DNA of 64,000 bases from Antedon mediterranea (Eukaryota; Animalia; Echinodermata): positions 21,311,432 to 21,375,431 of the forward strand of contig NC_092679.1 in the NCBI RefSeq assembly GCF_964355755.1, given 5' to 3'. Within the stretch, counting starts at the first letter, position 1. The number at the start of each line of letters is the position of its first letter. Shown piece after piece: positions 38,801 through 53,800 of this stretch. The notes beneath the pieces were generated by a model. The model was given only the letters and a program-made list of their open reading frames with translations, did not search any database and was not told the origin of the DNA. The position numbers and the translations under genes are program-made.

Positions 38801-41800
38801 TTGTATAACCATAATCAAAACAAATTGACGGCGACTAATATTGAAGCGTCAGAGAATACATTCATTATATTGATATCTGAAACATTCAGGGAACAGGCCT
38901 AGTTCATACTGTATGTATGATTTAATCAGAATCATCACAAACTAAAGCTCTGTTCACACTATCAAACTTTAAGTGACAAAAAAATGATATATATATATAT
39001 ATATACTTGCACTGATGAAGGGCTAGTGTTGCGCGAAAGCTCTGCTAACTTTTCTGGCTGTTTACTTTATCGTTTTGATTTAGCTTTTCGCTTTTTTTTT
39101 TGTATCTCCATTGAGAACCAGCCACTGGCACCCACAGCATTTTCATTTTTTTCAGTAATTTGCCTTTGGATTTATATATATGCATATATTGACATGATGA
39201 TGTCATATCACTGCCATATTTGGGCACATCACATCTTCTAAAAGCCATGAAACATACACCAAACATCCTCCTATACTATACTAAAATTATTACTAAGTTG
39301 ACAATTCTATATAATTGTATCTAAAAACCAGATGAACATTTTTTATCACATTTGTGAACTAGAACTTTTTAAATTATATAGCAATTAACCTTGCCACAGA
39401 TAAATGTTAATTAAGGTCTTGTCCACATTGAGTGTTATTATCCAAATCCTGGTTTAAATGTTAATTAAGGTCTTGTCCACATTGAGTGTTATTATCCAAA
39501 TCCTGGTTTAAATGTTAATTAAGGTCTTGTCCACAGTGAGTGTTATTATCCAAATCCAGGTTTAAATGTTAATTAAGGTCTTGTCCACATTGAGTGTTAT
39601 TATCATCCAAATCCACGTTTAAATGTTAATTAAGGTCTTGTCCACAGTGAGTGTTCAATTCCTGGTTTAGATGGTTCGTTTTAACAAATAATGAATGGAG
39701 TTTTAAAAGATGTAGAACGGTTAACGCAAACAACAGAAGAGAAAAACACTCTAAATACAAATCACCTAATCTAGCCACTTTTAGTAATTTAGTCAATAAG
39801 CAGTTTATTTTTTATTAATGTTTTATATAATGTATATGTATAATAATCATCATTATCATAAATTACCCATTTAAAAAATGTCCTCTAGCAAATATTTTAT
39901 TTATAAAATTAGTAAACTCATATAAACTTGTTGAAGTTTAGTATGACCTTTCCTTTGGCTATGAATATTTAGTACATTTCCAATGTACAAAGAGAGAATT
40001 TTGCCACTAAGGGTTCACAATATTATTACCATGATACAAATTTAACACAGTTTACAGTTTAAAACAGAAAAGTAATGATCGGGTTAACCTTTGTACAGTT
40101 TAAAATAATACTATTCACTATATTTATAAAATAATTGGTATAAACAAAGAAAATAAAAATTGTACACAATAATAAATAATATTTCCAATATAAATATTTT
40201 CTTCAAAATTGCTTTTCTCTTTATCATTGGTCATCAGCTAGTCATTTTAAGCAATTACCATTCATACCATATACAGTAACGTTTTAAAATTAAAAACTAC
40301 TCATGAAAATGTTGTATCAATGATGCTAAAGCTCAGTCTACACTATCAAACTTTATGTGACAAAAAATGTGATGTGCCCATGGACATGATGATGTCATAT
40401 CACTACCATATTTAAGCATATCATTATCATATTTGGGCACATCACACTTTTGTTGTCAAACTAGTTTGATAGTGTAGACAGAGCTTAAAATAATATTCGT
40501 CAAAAAGGGTAAAAAATAGTTTCTAGAAGTATGTTGTGTTGACGTCCACTTGATCCCATCCCATCGAGTCTTAGTACAGGGGTTACCAATATTATTATAT
40601 TTTTTTTTAGCAGTAAGTTCTCTGTGGGCCATATGAAATCACATGCTGGATTTGGGCTGCGGTTGACTTATTGAGAACACAAGGCTTAGTCAATTATTAA
40701 ACAATGACACTGAATTACCGTGACAATTGTCTTTCTTTTAGTGCATGTAAACCAGAAATGATATAAACTAATTTAAATACCTTCTCGTCTTCAAAATCTC
40801 GGATGAGTTTGTGACCTTTCTGAGCATTTTCTAGTATAGCTCTTCTTTGAGTCAGAGGCTCTGACATCGCCATGAAGCGTTCCTCAACGGCCTGTTTCTT
40901 AACGGTCACTTTCTCAATCTCATCAAGGTTCTCCAGGTTTTGCACGGCGCAGTGAAGGTCATTGACCTGACTCTTTTTGACCATTACTTGGCTTTCAAGC
41001 ATCTGTGAACATAAAATTACATAAAAATCAGTCCAACAAAAAAAAACCAGCCCAAAAAAAAAGAAGTTAAAAATACACACAAACAAAATTACACTCTGCC
41101 TTGTTTACTTCTATTACCTTAGAATGGGCTTTCTTTCGAAACTGATTCTTAAAGAATATAAGATTTTTGTAAAATTTGTATTTAAATACATTTATGCCAA
41201 ATTCATTTATAAACAAATCCAAACACACTTAGATTATGCCGTGTGTATCTTCACAGATCTAAAAAAAAATGAATTTATCCAGTATATTTATCCAGTATAA
41301 TTTCAGAAATTCATTTTGCCTAGAGAACAAGTTCATTAATTTATTTATAGTTAATATGACCATATCATTTTCACAGCTGTACAATTTGGTCAAAGTTTAA
41401 CCATGGGCTAGTTATTGAATGAGGTGCTTGACTGGATAACATCAGAGACGGAAACAAATACATAAACAAAATGTTTCTGTGCATATAGCAGTATTGAATA
41501 TTACAGGAAGAAAAATATTTTTAAAATTCAAAGATTCAAATTAAAACTTAAAACTGGTTTTTAAAACAATTTTATTTTTTTCAAAAGCAAATTCTAATTT
41601 CTGTTTATCTATTGACAATAGTTAATACAGTTGGAGTTAAATTTGAAATTCAAATTTTGTGATTATTTTTGTGTAAAACTGACCTAATTCCTTGACCTCT
41701 TTATTGTCATTAACATAAGGATTTGTATAGAATTTGCATTTATTAAAATTAAATCATTAATCCTGGTATAATAAATAACAAATTTAACAGGAACGACAAA

Positions 41801-44800
41801 ATCGTCTCTACATCAAAATTTCCAAATTAAATCAAAGAACAATAAAAAACTAAGGACAACATTACAACTCCACTCTCAAAGACTTGTAATAAGACTTTGT
41901 TTATGTTGGACATCTTGTGTCTATGTTTGTCTTGTGAACCTCTGAGGGTCCCTAATGATCAGCAATTTCTGGATGGATCACCCTCATTAAATATGGTAAA
42001 AAAAATAAGAAAAAAAAGCCTTAAGGACCAAAACACGGTGGGTTGAAAATATGTTTCAATTACACTCCCGGTTGGGCTTATAGCCATGTCAATTAAGGTT
42101 ACAATAATATCTAAAACGAATTTGAATATGCATGACCCGGTCCATATATAATTGCTGAATCACAAATTCATATTATGCTAAATTAGATAAATAACAAATT
42201 GTATAATAAACTTGTTAAGTCCCACGCATTTCATTAAAATAGTTAATATGTATTCCATATTGTGTCATGAACTCTTATTTTTTTGTCATCTTGTTTGCAG
42301 TGAGTAAATTTCAATATTTTGACGGATCAGTGCAACAAGAGTAAATCTAAATATTATGACGGATCAGTGTTTAGATTCAGAATATATAACACTGTTTATT
42401 TAGTCAGGCACATTTAATATAAGCAAGAAATATTAAATTCATAAGAATAAAAAAATTAACTGACATACTTCTTTACTTTATATTTATATGATTAAAAACC
42501 ACAATTACATTATGGTATTCTTAGTGAAACACTACAGTAAAAATCACCATTAAAATGGAGGAAACCTTCCGGACCAAATAGAGTGTTCCCTTAATAGGGA
42601 TGTCCTCTGAATAGGGGTTGGCTGTAGTGTTAAAGCACTGTTTATGCTTGTTTTATGAGAAAGGGTCCCTTAAAAGTAGGTTGTTTCACTGTACTTATAA
42701 ATTTATGTCTGATCTCAGACTAACTTAATGTTAATGTTATTTGGAACAATAATAGGGGCCTACGAAATTTCAACTATAGAAAAATTAAATATAAAAATTA
42801 ATTAAAATTTGAATAATAAAATACTAACCCAATCCAGCTAAACTGTGCCTATACATCCAGTCAATAGAAATATAAAACACTAATAAAGCACAGCGTAATT
42901 TTTATTTTGTCCACGCCAGCATGGTTGTGTTTAAACCAGTACATTATAGATAAGCCTAACATGTTAGTATATACTAAAAGTGTGTAACATGTTAAAACTA
43001 AGCCTGCTCCAATATGAACTGATTAATGTTCTATAAATAGATTTAATGTAGAGGGCAGTATGTTCATTTTGTATTGTTCAGACCTCCAAAAGGTTCCTAA
43101 TATTTTATTCATCTTCCTGCCTTCACTATAGTGTAATTTTGTTCTGTTTTGAATATGAAAAATCCCTGATAGTTCATATTTATAAATATATTATTTAGGC
43201 TCTTTTACTAGGTCCTAGATTGCCTAAAAAAAAGCATCTGGCATATCTAATTGTTTACTAGATGCCGATTCCAATGATATAGTGTATTTAGGCTCTGTTA
43301 CTGGGTCAGAGAAGAACGCCTCTGGCATATCCAATTGTTTACTAGATGCTGATGCCTATGATTTTGTTTAATAGTTCCCTCTACAGTTTGATGTTATTGT
43401 TTTACATCTCCTAATATTTCACTTATCCCCTGTAATATGTTTGTTTACCAACAACATAAGGGTAAAGTTCAGCTAGATAGGTTTACATGGGATAGATCCA
43501 GAGGATGAAACCCAAGTTGAATTCATGACCAGTAAAAGTAAAACAATGATTGGAACATGGGCTTAGCTCATATCATTAACTGGAATGCTCAGCTGTATAT
43601 GCATTCTAACATTTAAAATTACCTGTTGTTTTTTAAGCAAGTTCTGAACAGTCACCAAATCATTCAACGTGTCATCATGTCCGACTTGCGTCTCCAGATC
43701 GGTGATCCAGTTGTCCAGATCGTCGCAACCTTGAGAGAACAATGCTTGACTGTTGGCTTCAAACAGCTTCTTGCCCTTTGATTTTGTTGTGTCTTCAAGA
43801 TCCTGCCATTTCTGTTCCAAGTCTTGAAGCTGCTCTTCAACTGTTTCTTTCATTTCTGGTTTCTCTTGTACCAACTGATCTCCATGCTAAAAAAAAAATT
43901 GATTTATTTTTATTAAATACATCTTATTATCTTATCTGTTGAACTTAAGAAGCTCTGTCTACACTATAAAACTAGTTTGGCAAAAAAAAAGTGTAATGTG
44001 CCTAAATATGATGATAATATGCCTAAATATGGTAGTGATATGACATCATTTCCATATTTTTTTTTGTCACATAAAGTTTGATAGTGTAGACAGAGCTTTA
44101 GGGCTTTGTAACCATCTACCATCAGGATTAGAAGATCATTATTATTGGACATCTTCAAGTCGTCACTACTCAAAACTCAATTAATTTAATTTTGATTTAA
44201 TATATGCTCCACTATACCTCTCTAAGTTTGTCCAATCTTTCTCTATTCTCCACCAACTCTTTCTCGAAGGCTTGATGTTTCTGCCACTTGCTGTGCAGGT
44301 TACGTGCTTCGTCATATGTCTCTTCTTGAGCAATGACCATCTTCTCCGTGATCCACTGGTCTAACTCCTCGGCTTCCTCAAGGAATGCCTGCAGCTGGCA
44401 CTGATCACGAAGCTTGTCAAGAGCATCTTCTGCTGCTTGTCTGTTGGCTTTGCGTCTGTCAAAGAATTATTTTAAAATAGTGTTGAATTGTACAAACATG
44501 AATACAAGTTTTGACAACATAAATTACTAAGAGCACACTAGTAAACTGGGGTAACCTCTTAATCTTCAAAAAGATGCACCAGATTCTTTAAAAGTTTACA
44601 CGAGCCAGATGTTAAATGGACTTGTGAAAACTGGATCTAAAACCAGGTAAAAGAGGGATTTGAACCTGTATGGATTTTGTGGGTATGGCTTGCGGCATAT
44701 TTGCCAAAACCTCTAATTACTAATTATACAAACAAATTTGCTGCCAACCTTTCATCAATATTTTCTGCCTTCTTGTTGATCTTATCAGCAGCATAGTGGT

Positions 44801-47800
44801 TCTCATCACAAAGTTTGTTGGCAAAGGTTATGACCGTGTTGATCTTCTCGTCAGAGTTGTCCATTTGGCTGATAAAATTCTCATGTTTCTTAATAGCTTC
44901 TTCTGCAGCCTCCAAGCTATGCTGTAGAGACAAATGGAAAGAAGATAATTTAACTAATTAATTTTCAAAAAAATGAATTGGTCGATATTTTTATTTTGGT
45001 TTCTATTCTTTTGCTAAAAAATATTATAATTATGATAGTATTTTGAGGGTGATGTTAATGAGCATACTAAGAACAAATTTGTTTGCATGTTGCTGTTTCA
45101 GTCCATTTTAATTTGATCAAAGATGGCCCCTGAATAATAATCTCTTTAAATAAATTGTAACAAAATACAGGACAATCTCCCACTCACAGGTTGTTTAATG
45201 TTAGCTAAGAAGTTATCCTGCTGGTTGAGAATGATGTCAGCCAGTCTAGCATCTCTGACAAACATCTGGTGGTTAAGAGCCTGCGACAGAAGATGCTGTC
45301 TGTTATCCCACATCTGGTGAAGTTCGATCCAACCATCATCAAGCGCTTGCAGACGCTAAAATAATATAGGACACAAACAAAATTGAATTGTGTACAAAAA
45401 GCTAATTGTGATATATTTTATTCAAGCCTGAAGTAGTGATATTGAATGTTTTAAAATCTAGTTAATATGCATAATTTTTTTATCAGTCAGGCATTCTTTT
45501 CTTTGGAGAGACATCAGAAAATATGCCTGGGTAAAATATATACATATGGAACTCCTAAATATCTGGAATCCCCTCTTTCCTTTACTAAAATAACCAAGTT
45601 GGAAGGGAGACACAGTGCAACTGTACTAGAGCTGCTGCTGTAGAAAAGAGAAGGTCCATTTAACCATGATGGTTTATATGGTGGTCATATCACTTAGTTT
45701 AAATGAAAGAAGACATTTGGTCGAAGATCCTACCTGTTTGAGGAAGACATATTGTGCATCAGTTTGTCCTTCTGTGACACGTTCTCCTGTTTCCTTCAGC
45801 TGGGCATACTTGTCTTCATATCCATCGATCTCATCCTTGATAGCAGCATGTTTGTTCAGAGATTTTTCTGCCTCTTTCAGACTGTTTGGAATGTCCTCGG
45901 ATGCAATGGCAGTCTGTGTCTTAGTGAGCCAGACTTGGAATTCATCAAGATCACCTAAGAACTGGTGGAGGTCACCAGCATCGGCAAGAGCTGACTCTCG
46001 TTCTTTCAACTGCAGAAAACAGAAAATAATAATGTAAATAGCTCTAATAAGAGTTTTTTTTTCTATTTGTTTCGACAACAACAGTATTGATTTCTGCTGG
46101 TTGTGGCACAATTTTCAAACAAGATATATTCCATAGTAAAGACACTGACATATGATGGAGAACATTGTACTTACAACATCATTGAGGTTCACCCATGCCT
46201 CTGTGATGTCATTGTATCGTGCTTTGATCTGTTCCTCCTCTTCAGGATGTTCTTGGGCAAGCTTGTCAGATTCTTTCTTGAGATCATCCAACTGTGTAAA
46301 CAAGTAAACAATTTAAGAACAGTCAATATAAAAATCATTTAAAACTTCTGTGTTGATCAATAGCTTGTAAGGTGCTAATAAAACGAAGGCATACTCAAAC
46401 AAGAAAAAAAAATTACCTTAGCTTCAATGGCAGTGATATCACTTTCCATTCCTTTCAATCGGCGTTGCAGAGCTGTGACACCAGCAAGATCATTTCCGAG
46501 TTCTTCTGTGGCAGCAATGACCTTCATCTTATCTCTGATCCAAGTGGTAGTTTCAATGCATTCAATGTGGTATGTTTGAATTCCACGCGATGTCAGGATG
46601 GCTTCACGTCTGGCATCTAATAATTCGCGCAGAGCATGCCATCTCTGGTTCAAGTGGTTCTGCTTCTGGTTGATCTCTGGTGAGTTTGGATGCTCACTCT
46701 GGAGAAGTTGTCGTGCCAGTTGGTTGACAATGGCAACTTTAGAAGCGTTGATCTCAACTTCTTTCTCAAGACGTCCAAATCGGGACAGCAGGATGTCGTT
46801 TGATTCAAGATCTTCTCCAGGATGCAATGCTTGAAGAGTTTGTTCCTGTTATTAGACAAAGCATGATAATTTTTAACTTTATTATAATAGTTAAATGCTT
46901 CCTTATATGTTCATTATATAGGCCTATGTTAATTGTATTTGTGTCAGTTCTGTATTTGTATGTTAACCCTCCTTATTGGCGAATTATTTTTGTTGTTGGT
47001 TGGTTTTGAAATGAAATTTAAAAAAAATTAGAATGGAAACATTTAAAATTAGGCTGGGTGGAGGACCTTAAAATAAGCTTTTGGCTGGGTGTATGTTCCT
47101 GATTACCTCCACTTAGCACGATTACATAATAAGGACACAAAATATCAAACGTTAAAAACTATACCTTTTCGTCAATCCAGGCCTCGACATTGTCAGCCTC
47201 GTTGAAGAGCTTGAACAGGGACAAAGCATCTATTAAGCGTTGCTTGCGTAGTTGGTTCAAATCTTTCAATTCCTTGTATCTACGATCAATTGTACCCAGC
47301 CTAGCCTGGACCTCTGGTGAATCACGGTCCTAGTTAAAATAAGATATTAACATTTGTTTTCATTAGAATTTTCATATACAGTATGAATACTATACAACAC
47401 ACTTTAATAATTAACAGTGCTAACTTCAATGTGGACAATAAACGGAGCTTGGTGAAGATATTAATAATATTACTACTGTAGTGGGTTCAAATCCTATTAT
47501 CCTCAATCCTCAATGACATGCTGTAAGAGTTTATGTTTATAAGAGCATGTGCATGTCTGTGATCTTCTAATTGGGACATCTTTGGATATTGGGACAGACA
47601 GTAGCTAGATTCACTATTAGTAATGTTTAAATACGTAATATTTATTTATTTAAAAAATCATATTTTTGTAACTATTTGGATCAATTTCTTTATCATTTAA
47701 ATGTATGTGGATTTCTAGCTTTACCTGATCACCAAGTTGATCAGCCTGTTCGTGCAAGCTTCCAATCACCTTGCTGTAGTTGTCCAATTCTGTTGTCATA

Positions 47801-50800
47801 ATCTGCAACGAGAAAATACTTTTATGAGTATGACGAAAAAATGGTCATCTAAATTGTGCAATGCCCAATGACATCATACATTAGCGTTGCTTTTTAGATG
47901 GGAGTTGAAACATGCACACAATGCTCAAATATTTACATTATAGAAAAATAACTCAGGCACTATCCTTTATATTCCATTTTAACCAATTAAATTTAACAAT
48001 ATATAATAAATTACATTAGTGAACCATTTTCTAAATAGATAGAAATAGCAAATAACTAATTGTGATAAGGAATTTATAGATTATATTTCAAAAGGAAAAA
48101 CCATCCAACAGCAAGATGTGAAAAAAATATTTTGTTTTCTCATAGGAAGCTTATGTAGTAACGGTGTTCTTATTCATTAATTCCAAATTATTATATAATA
48201 TTAATAATCAAAATATTTAATATTCAAAGCCTTCGTGCGAATAAAAAAAAAACGTACTTTTTAAAATAATATAGTCTTTCTAAACATACATTTTCAGTTA
48301 TCTTTATATTATAGACTATATATGAAAATTTGCATCAGTTTTATTAATTTGATATCCCACATTATTAATATTATTAGTGTAACATTTCAATAAATTAACT
48401 GCACTCTCCCTACAAAAATGCAACATGAAAGCCCACTTTAAACTGCTTTTTCCCTACAAAAACACATTGTGAAAGCTCACGTTAAAATTTAATTTCATTT
48501 TTTGCACTTATGAAGAGATGGCATGAACTGTACTTAATATCAGCACATCCATTTAGAAGCAAGCACTTAAAATATAAATTAGTTTTCACTAAAATATTAA
48601 CATCAAGATATTAGCACAAGACACATTTGACCTTTGACCTTACTAATGGAGAACATGTCATTTTATGTGTCAATTTAAAATGTTTATGACACGCACATCA
48701 TTATAACTGGACTATTTATCTTGCCTCATTGTATTCAATGTAAATTAAGCTATCAAATACAGTGCCACTAAGAGGAGACAAAGTTTTACACAATTAAGCT
48801 GCTAACATCCGGACAAAGGCATTAAAAAACATAGGTCACAACATAGATATTATAGTTCACTATAATATCTCTATGGTCACAACGAAAGCATTTACTGTAC
48901 TATTGAAGAGATAGAAAAAACGACAACTATGGAATGCCAAAAGTGCCTTCAGTATAAGTGTTTGGCACCTTATTGTCCAACAGCATAGATCTACATTTAA
49001 TAATGACCTACTTTCAAAGGCAAGGATGGCAAAATCCGATTGGATTGTCAGAATCAAACCTATTTAGATGTCAATGTCAATCATTTCTAATTAAGATTAA
49101 AGATTCTTTATTCTTGGAGACTGAATAAACTGCTCTATGTGCAAAATAACATGCATTTTAATCAAATTCGTCAACAACCACTACAAACAAAAACATTACA
49201 TTTTTTAGTAATGTTAGGATCTGAAAGTCATGCAGTTAAAATATAAAGAGATACTGCATTCAATTTGGACCGAACAAGGCCAAATTACCATTTTTGAATT
49301 GTACTTTCCCAAAATCTATTCTATGCCCGTTACATTTTTTAACCAGCCTATTAATAAAGTTAGTGAACAAGCAACAAAACAGTGGTATTTGTATATTATC
49401 TGGAAACTCACTTCATCTTCTAAATCGTCTATATTTAGAAATTCCTAGAAAATGAGGAAAATGAAGCAAACACAACAATAAAACATGTGCTCAACATGCA
49501 ACAATTTAATGTGCTAAAATGATGATATCTATGTTATTATGGGATATCTATAAAGGATAAATTAATAATATACTGTACATGATATTAATAATATACATGA
49601 AATATGAGTCTAAAGCTCTGTCTACACTATCACACTAGTTTTACAAATAAAGTGTGGTGTGCCCAAATATGGTCATGATATGCTTAAATATGGTAGTGAT
49701 ATGACATCATCATGTCCATATGAGTACATCACATAAAGTTTGATAGTGTAGACAGGGCTTAAAGTTACATTCATCTGGTTTGAACGGGTATTAAAATGAT
49801 GTTATTGTTAATATTGGATAACTATATAATGGATTAATAAGGTACAAATGGAATAAAAGAAATCAAGAATGGTAGTAGTAAGCCAAACGTAATACAGTTT
49901 CCGGATCCAGGTCGTGAGTTCGAGTCCCGTCTGAGAACAGTTTTTTTTTTTTATTGAATTCAAACTTTCACTTTGAAGAAAAATTACTACAATTGTTAAG
50001 TTTGATATTAAATAATCAACTAAATTATTGATGTTTTATTTATTTAATTTCAAACAGTTTATGTTTTAAAGGCTACACAGATTCTTTGTTGTGCTATTTT
50101 CTATTCAGCCTTTGTGTTTTTCTTTGTGAACAAAGCACTGTTACAGGCAACTGCAACCAATTTCCTGTCTAAAGAATTTAAATTTCCTACTATCTGTTAA
50201 GATATGCTATTGGTTGCAACAAGAAGTTGCAATTAACCGAATTTCAATTGTAATACAGTGTGTACAGAAGAGTACACCATTTTAATGTAAAACCTATATT
50301 TATTTCACCTATTACATTAACTTTCCTAAATTAGAATCATAATCATAGGAAATCTTTTGCTTCACTGTAGGAATGTTTCTTCTTTTCTTTATTTTTTATT
50401 TCAACTTTCATTCATTACAGGAATATTTCAGCTGACACTGGGTATTCCATACCCCTGATGATTAACATATTGTATATAACTCAGGCCAATGGTACAAAGT
50501 ACAGACGTATAATTACCATATAAATGAATATGCATGCATTACTAGGAAATGACAAATTATATTTACATTCAATAAAACTAAATGATGTAGCAGGCATAAA
50601 GTAGATTATTATCAGTATGAGATGCATGTTTGCTAAATGACAATCTAAAAATACTTCGAATATAAACCAATATGGCGAGAGCAAAAATGATTTTCAGTAG
50701 GAATGATTTATTTATAAGGTCTTATATTAAACACTTGATGCAGTATGTCAATAAAAAAATGAGCAGTTTTGATTTCCACATATGGTCTGGATTTCATCAT

Positions 50801-53800
50801 GTCTTTAAAAAATGATTTCATGTTAAAAGCTTGGTCCCCACTAGAACGCACGTAACCCACAACACAAGACCAATTACAAGCGCCAATTCCAATAATCAAT
50901 CGCTTTTGATTGGTGAATTTTACTGTGTTTCAGCCTCGTCCTTGCGTTCCGTCCTAGTGCGAACCAAGCTTAAGCCACGTTTTCTGAGTTGTACTAAAGT
51001 AGGTTCTATTTAAGACAACAATTAAATATAGTCACCTTGTGTTTCTTGATGAGTGATTCGGTGCTAGCTTGGTCATGGCCAACGTCCTCACTGGAGACTA
51101 GTCGCAGAGTGTCTAGCATCCAGATATCAACATCATCTGCATCAGCGAAGAACTAACAAAAATTTAACATTTATGATTTAGTATTATAACAAAATACAGA
51201 TATACAGAGTGCAATTATTATTGTTGCCAAAATCAGTTTTTTCCTAATGAAACCGTATTGACTATACTGGAATCTTGTAAATTTTTGGTTTTATGTGCGA
51301 TATGGGTTTCATCTGGTAGTCACACAAAAGCAAATTTTTTATCTGTGACCTGCTGATTTGCTGCAAAAAAAATAATTAAGCAAATGAAACAATGTATTGT
51401 CCTTCTTACTTGGTACATATCAGTAGCTTCGTTCAAACGGTTCTTCCTCTGCTGACTAAGGTCAGTAAGTTTCTCCCAATTCTGTTGTATGTCAGCATTG
51501 CGTGCCTTAATCTTGTCACCATCACGGTGACCCTCATTGATAAGGTCTTCTCCTGCCTTCATGTTGCCTTCTAGTTGGGTCTGTCTTCCAGACATTTCTT
51601 GCTCCAAGGCCTAGAAGAACAAAAACAGTTATTTAAACTACAAATACATTTAACGTTTTTCTTTAACGCTTCTGGATGGCTTTCTAAAAAACAGTAGAGA
51701 TTTTCTGCATCATAAGTATACCTTGTGTTTGTTAAGAAGGAGGTTAACACTCGTGAGATCTCTGCCAATGTCGCCAGATGACAGAACTTGTTCCATCTCC
51801 TTTATCCAGTTCTCATCGTCTGCAAGATCCCAGAAGAATTTCCACAGTTTGCAGGATTCCTTAAGGTTGTCTTTGCGAGTGTGGCCAACATTCTGCAACT
51901 CTTGGTAGCTCTCTTCCAGGTTGGCAATTCGTTCTTTTACAATCATTGGATCAACAGGAGTATAACCTACAACAAGATAAATTAATTTTTATTCTTCCTT
52001 GAGCATATACACACATCCCCCTTGAACCTTTTTTGCCATGAACCAATGTTGTAGCAGTTTTGAGGTGTGTTTTGGCTTTTCAAGACAGAAATCTTTTTTT
52101 GGGGAATAAAGTATAGGTACGTCCCTAAGGAGTTAGGTAGTACTTTTGACATAGAGGTATATTTTAATCCTATCATTAGTTATCTCAAACAGTATTTTGT
52201 GGTTCTACTAACCTGTGCCATCCACTCCCTTCTCGTCCACAAACCTATCTGCCTGCTGGTTCACCATGTTTACACGTTCACCATAGGCGGAAACATCTGC
52301 TTCAAGAAGGGCGTGCTTCTCCAGAAGATCTTCTACATCCATGAGATGGCGTCCATAATCCTCGGACAACAACTGGCCTTTGGTTTCTTCCATCGAGTCC
52401 AGGAGAAGCTCCATCTCCTGAAAGATTTTCTGGATTTCCAGAGAGTAGTCAAGACGCAATCGACGATTCTTCAGAAGTTCCAGTAAATAGGCCCATAGAC
52501 GAAGAACATTTTCTTTTCTGTTTAAAGATGAAATGGAATAAAACATATATCATCAGCGTTGCTGCAAATTAATATTTTAGGTTGTTTTTGTGGTAGTTGC
52601 TATTGTTTCCTTGTGACATTTTTTCTCTTTTTGTTTGTTTATGGATGTACTATCCAAAATAAAGAAAATAAAAAATGAATAATTGAACTTGGCAGTACGT
52701 GCAACATCGCAAGCGCTTTCTTCTTCAAGTCATGTAAATTCAAAATAGGATTATAGGTAAAGCCATTGCGAAATTAAACGTTCATTTTCTTTTATTTATC
52801 AGCACTACATACTCACCTAACATTAATTTTCTCTATATCATGATAGTTCTCCGATTCCAATTCTTCAGCGACTGCAACTACGGTCAATACGCGTTCCTCG
52901 TACGCGTTAATATCCGTCTCAATAGCTTCATGCTTCTTGGCAGCAGCCTCCACAGCCGGTAAGTCATAGCCGAAGTTGTCTTGGGAAACCAGACGCTGGT
53001 TATCGCCGAGCCAGACCTCTCGCATTGCAGCTTTGCGATCAAATCGTTCAGCTAGTTGTTCTAGTTTCTCTTGCCGAATAAGCTCCTGGCGAAGTGCCAA
53101 CTCGCGTTCATGCTCAGATCTTTCCAATTTTTCCCAAGCCTGCAAAATAATTAGTAATGATAAAGATAAAGTAATGTATTCGATTTAGTATACGTACCCA
53201 TTATTTAGGGCCAAAAACAACAAATCAAGTGATTAGGAGATTGTTTAGAGGGTTTATAGGTACAGATTATAAAAACTATATTTATATTTTCTTATGATAA
53301 TCTATTTTAATTAAATATGCATACCTTATTGATATCTGAGATGAGCTTTCCTTCTTTGGGTAAATATGGTTTTTGATTGTTCGCTCTCATTTTACTTTGA
53401 ATGGTGAATAGAAGTACCTCTAAGTTGCCTTTTTCCATGAACCTGTAAATAAATGGTTGTGTTGCGTTAAAACAATTTGGAAGCTGGTCGTTTGCTCAAC
53501 TATGCATAATACTACATACAGAACTATATTAAAATATCATCATACAAATATTATGTTATGTTATTGTTAAAAATAGAATTTATTTTAAAAATTGTATTGT
53601 GTTCGACATGATTACTCATGTTATTTTTGGATCTGCATTAAATCATCTCACTTTGTTGTTGCCTAGTGCTACCTCACTGTAAAATTCACAACAAATCTAT
53701 TACACAGGAACTTACTTGGGTGGTTTTTCCACTGTTCTGTAAAAATTAAACGCCAACAATTGCTGTTGTACTCCTGTCAGTGAATTGGCAAAAGTCCTAT

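Noticed and set aside
49869-49952. tRNA gene (GTTCGAGTC B-box followed by a T-run); similar heads near 2745-2830 and 7020-7105
   Set aside because: No cloverleaf could be folded; likely decayed SINE heads.
45666-53188. Plus-strand ORFs overlapping spectrin exons (for example 45666-46037, 52067-52486)
   Set aside because: Antisense shadows of the coding exons; no independent protein signal.
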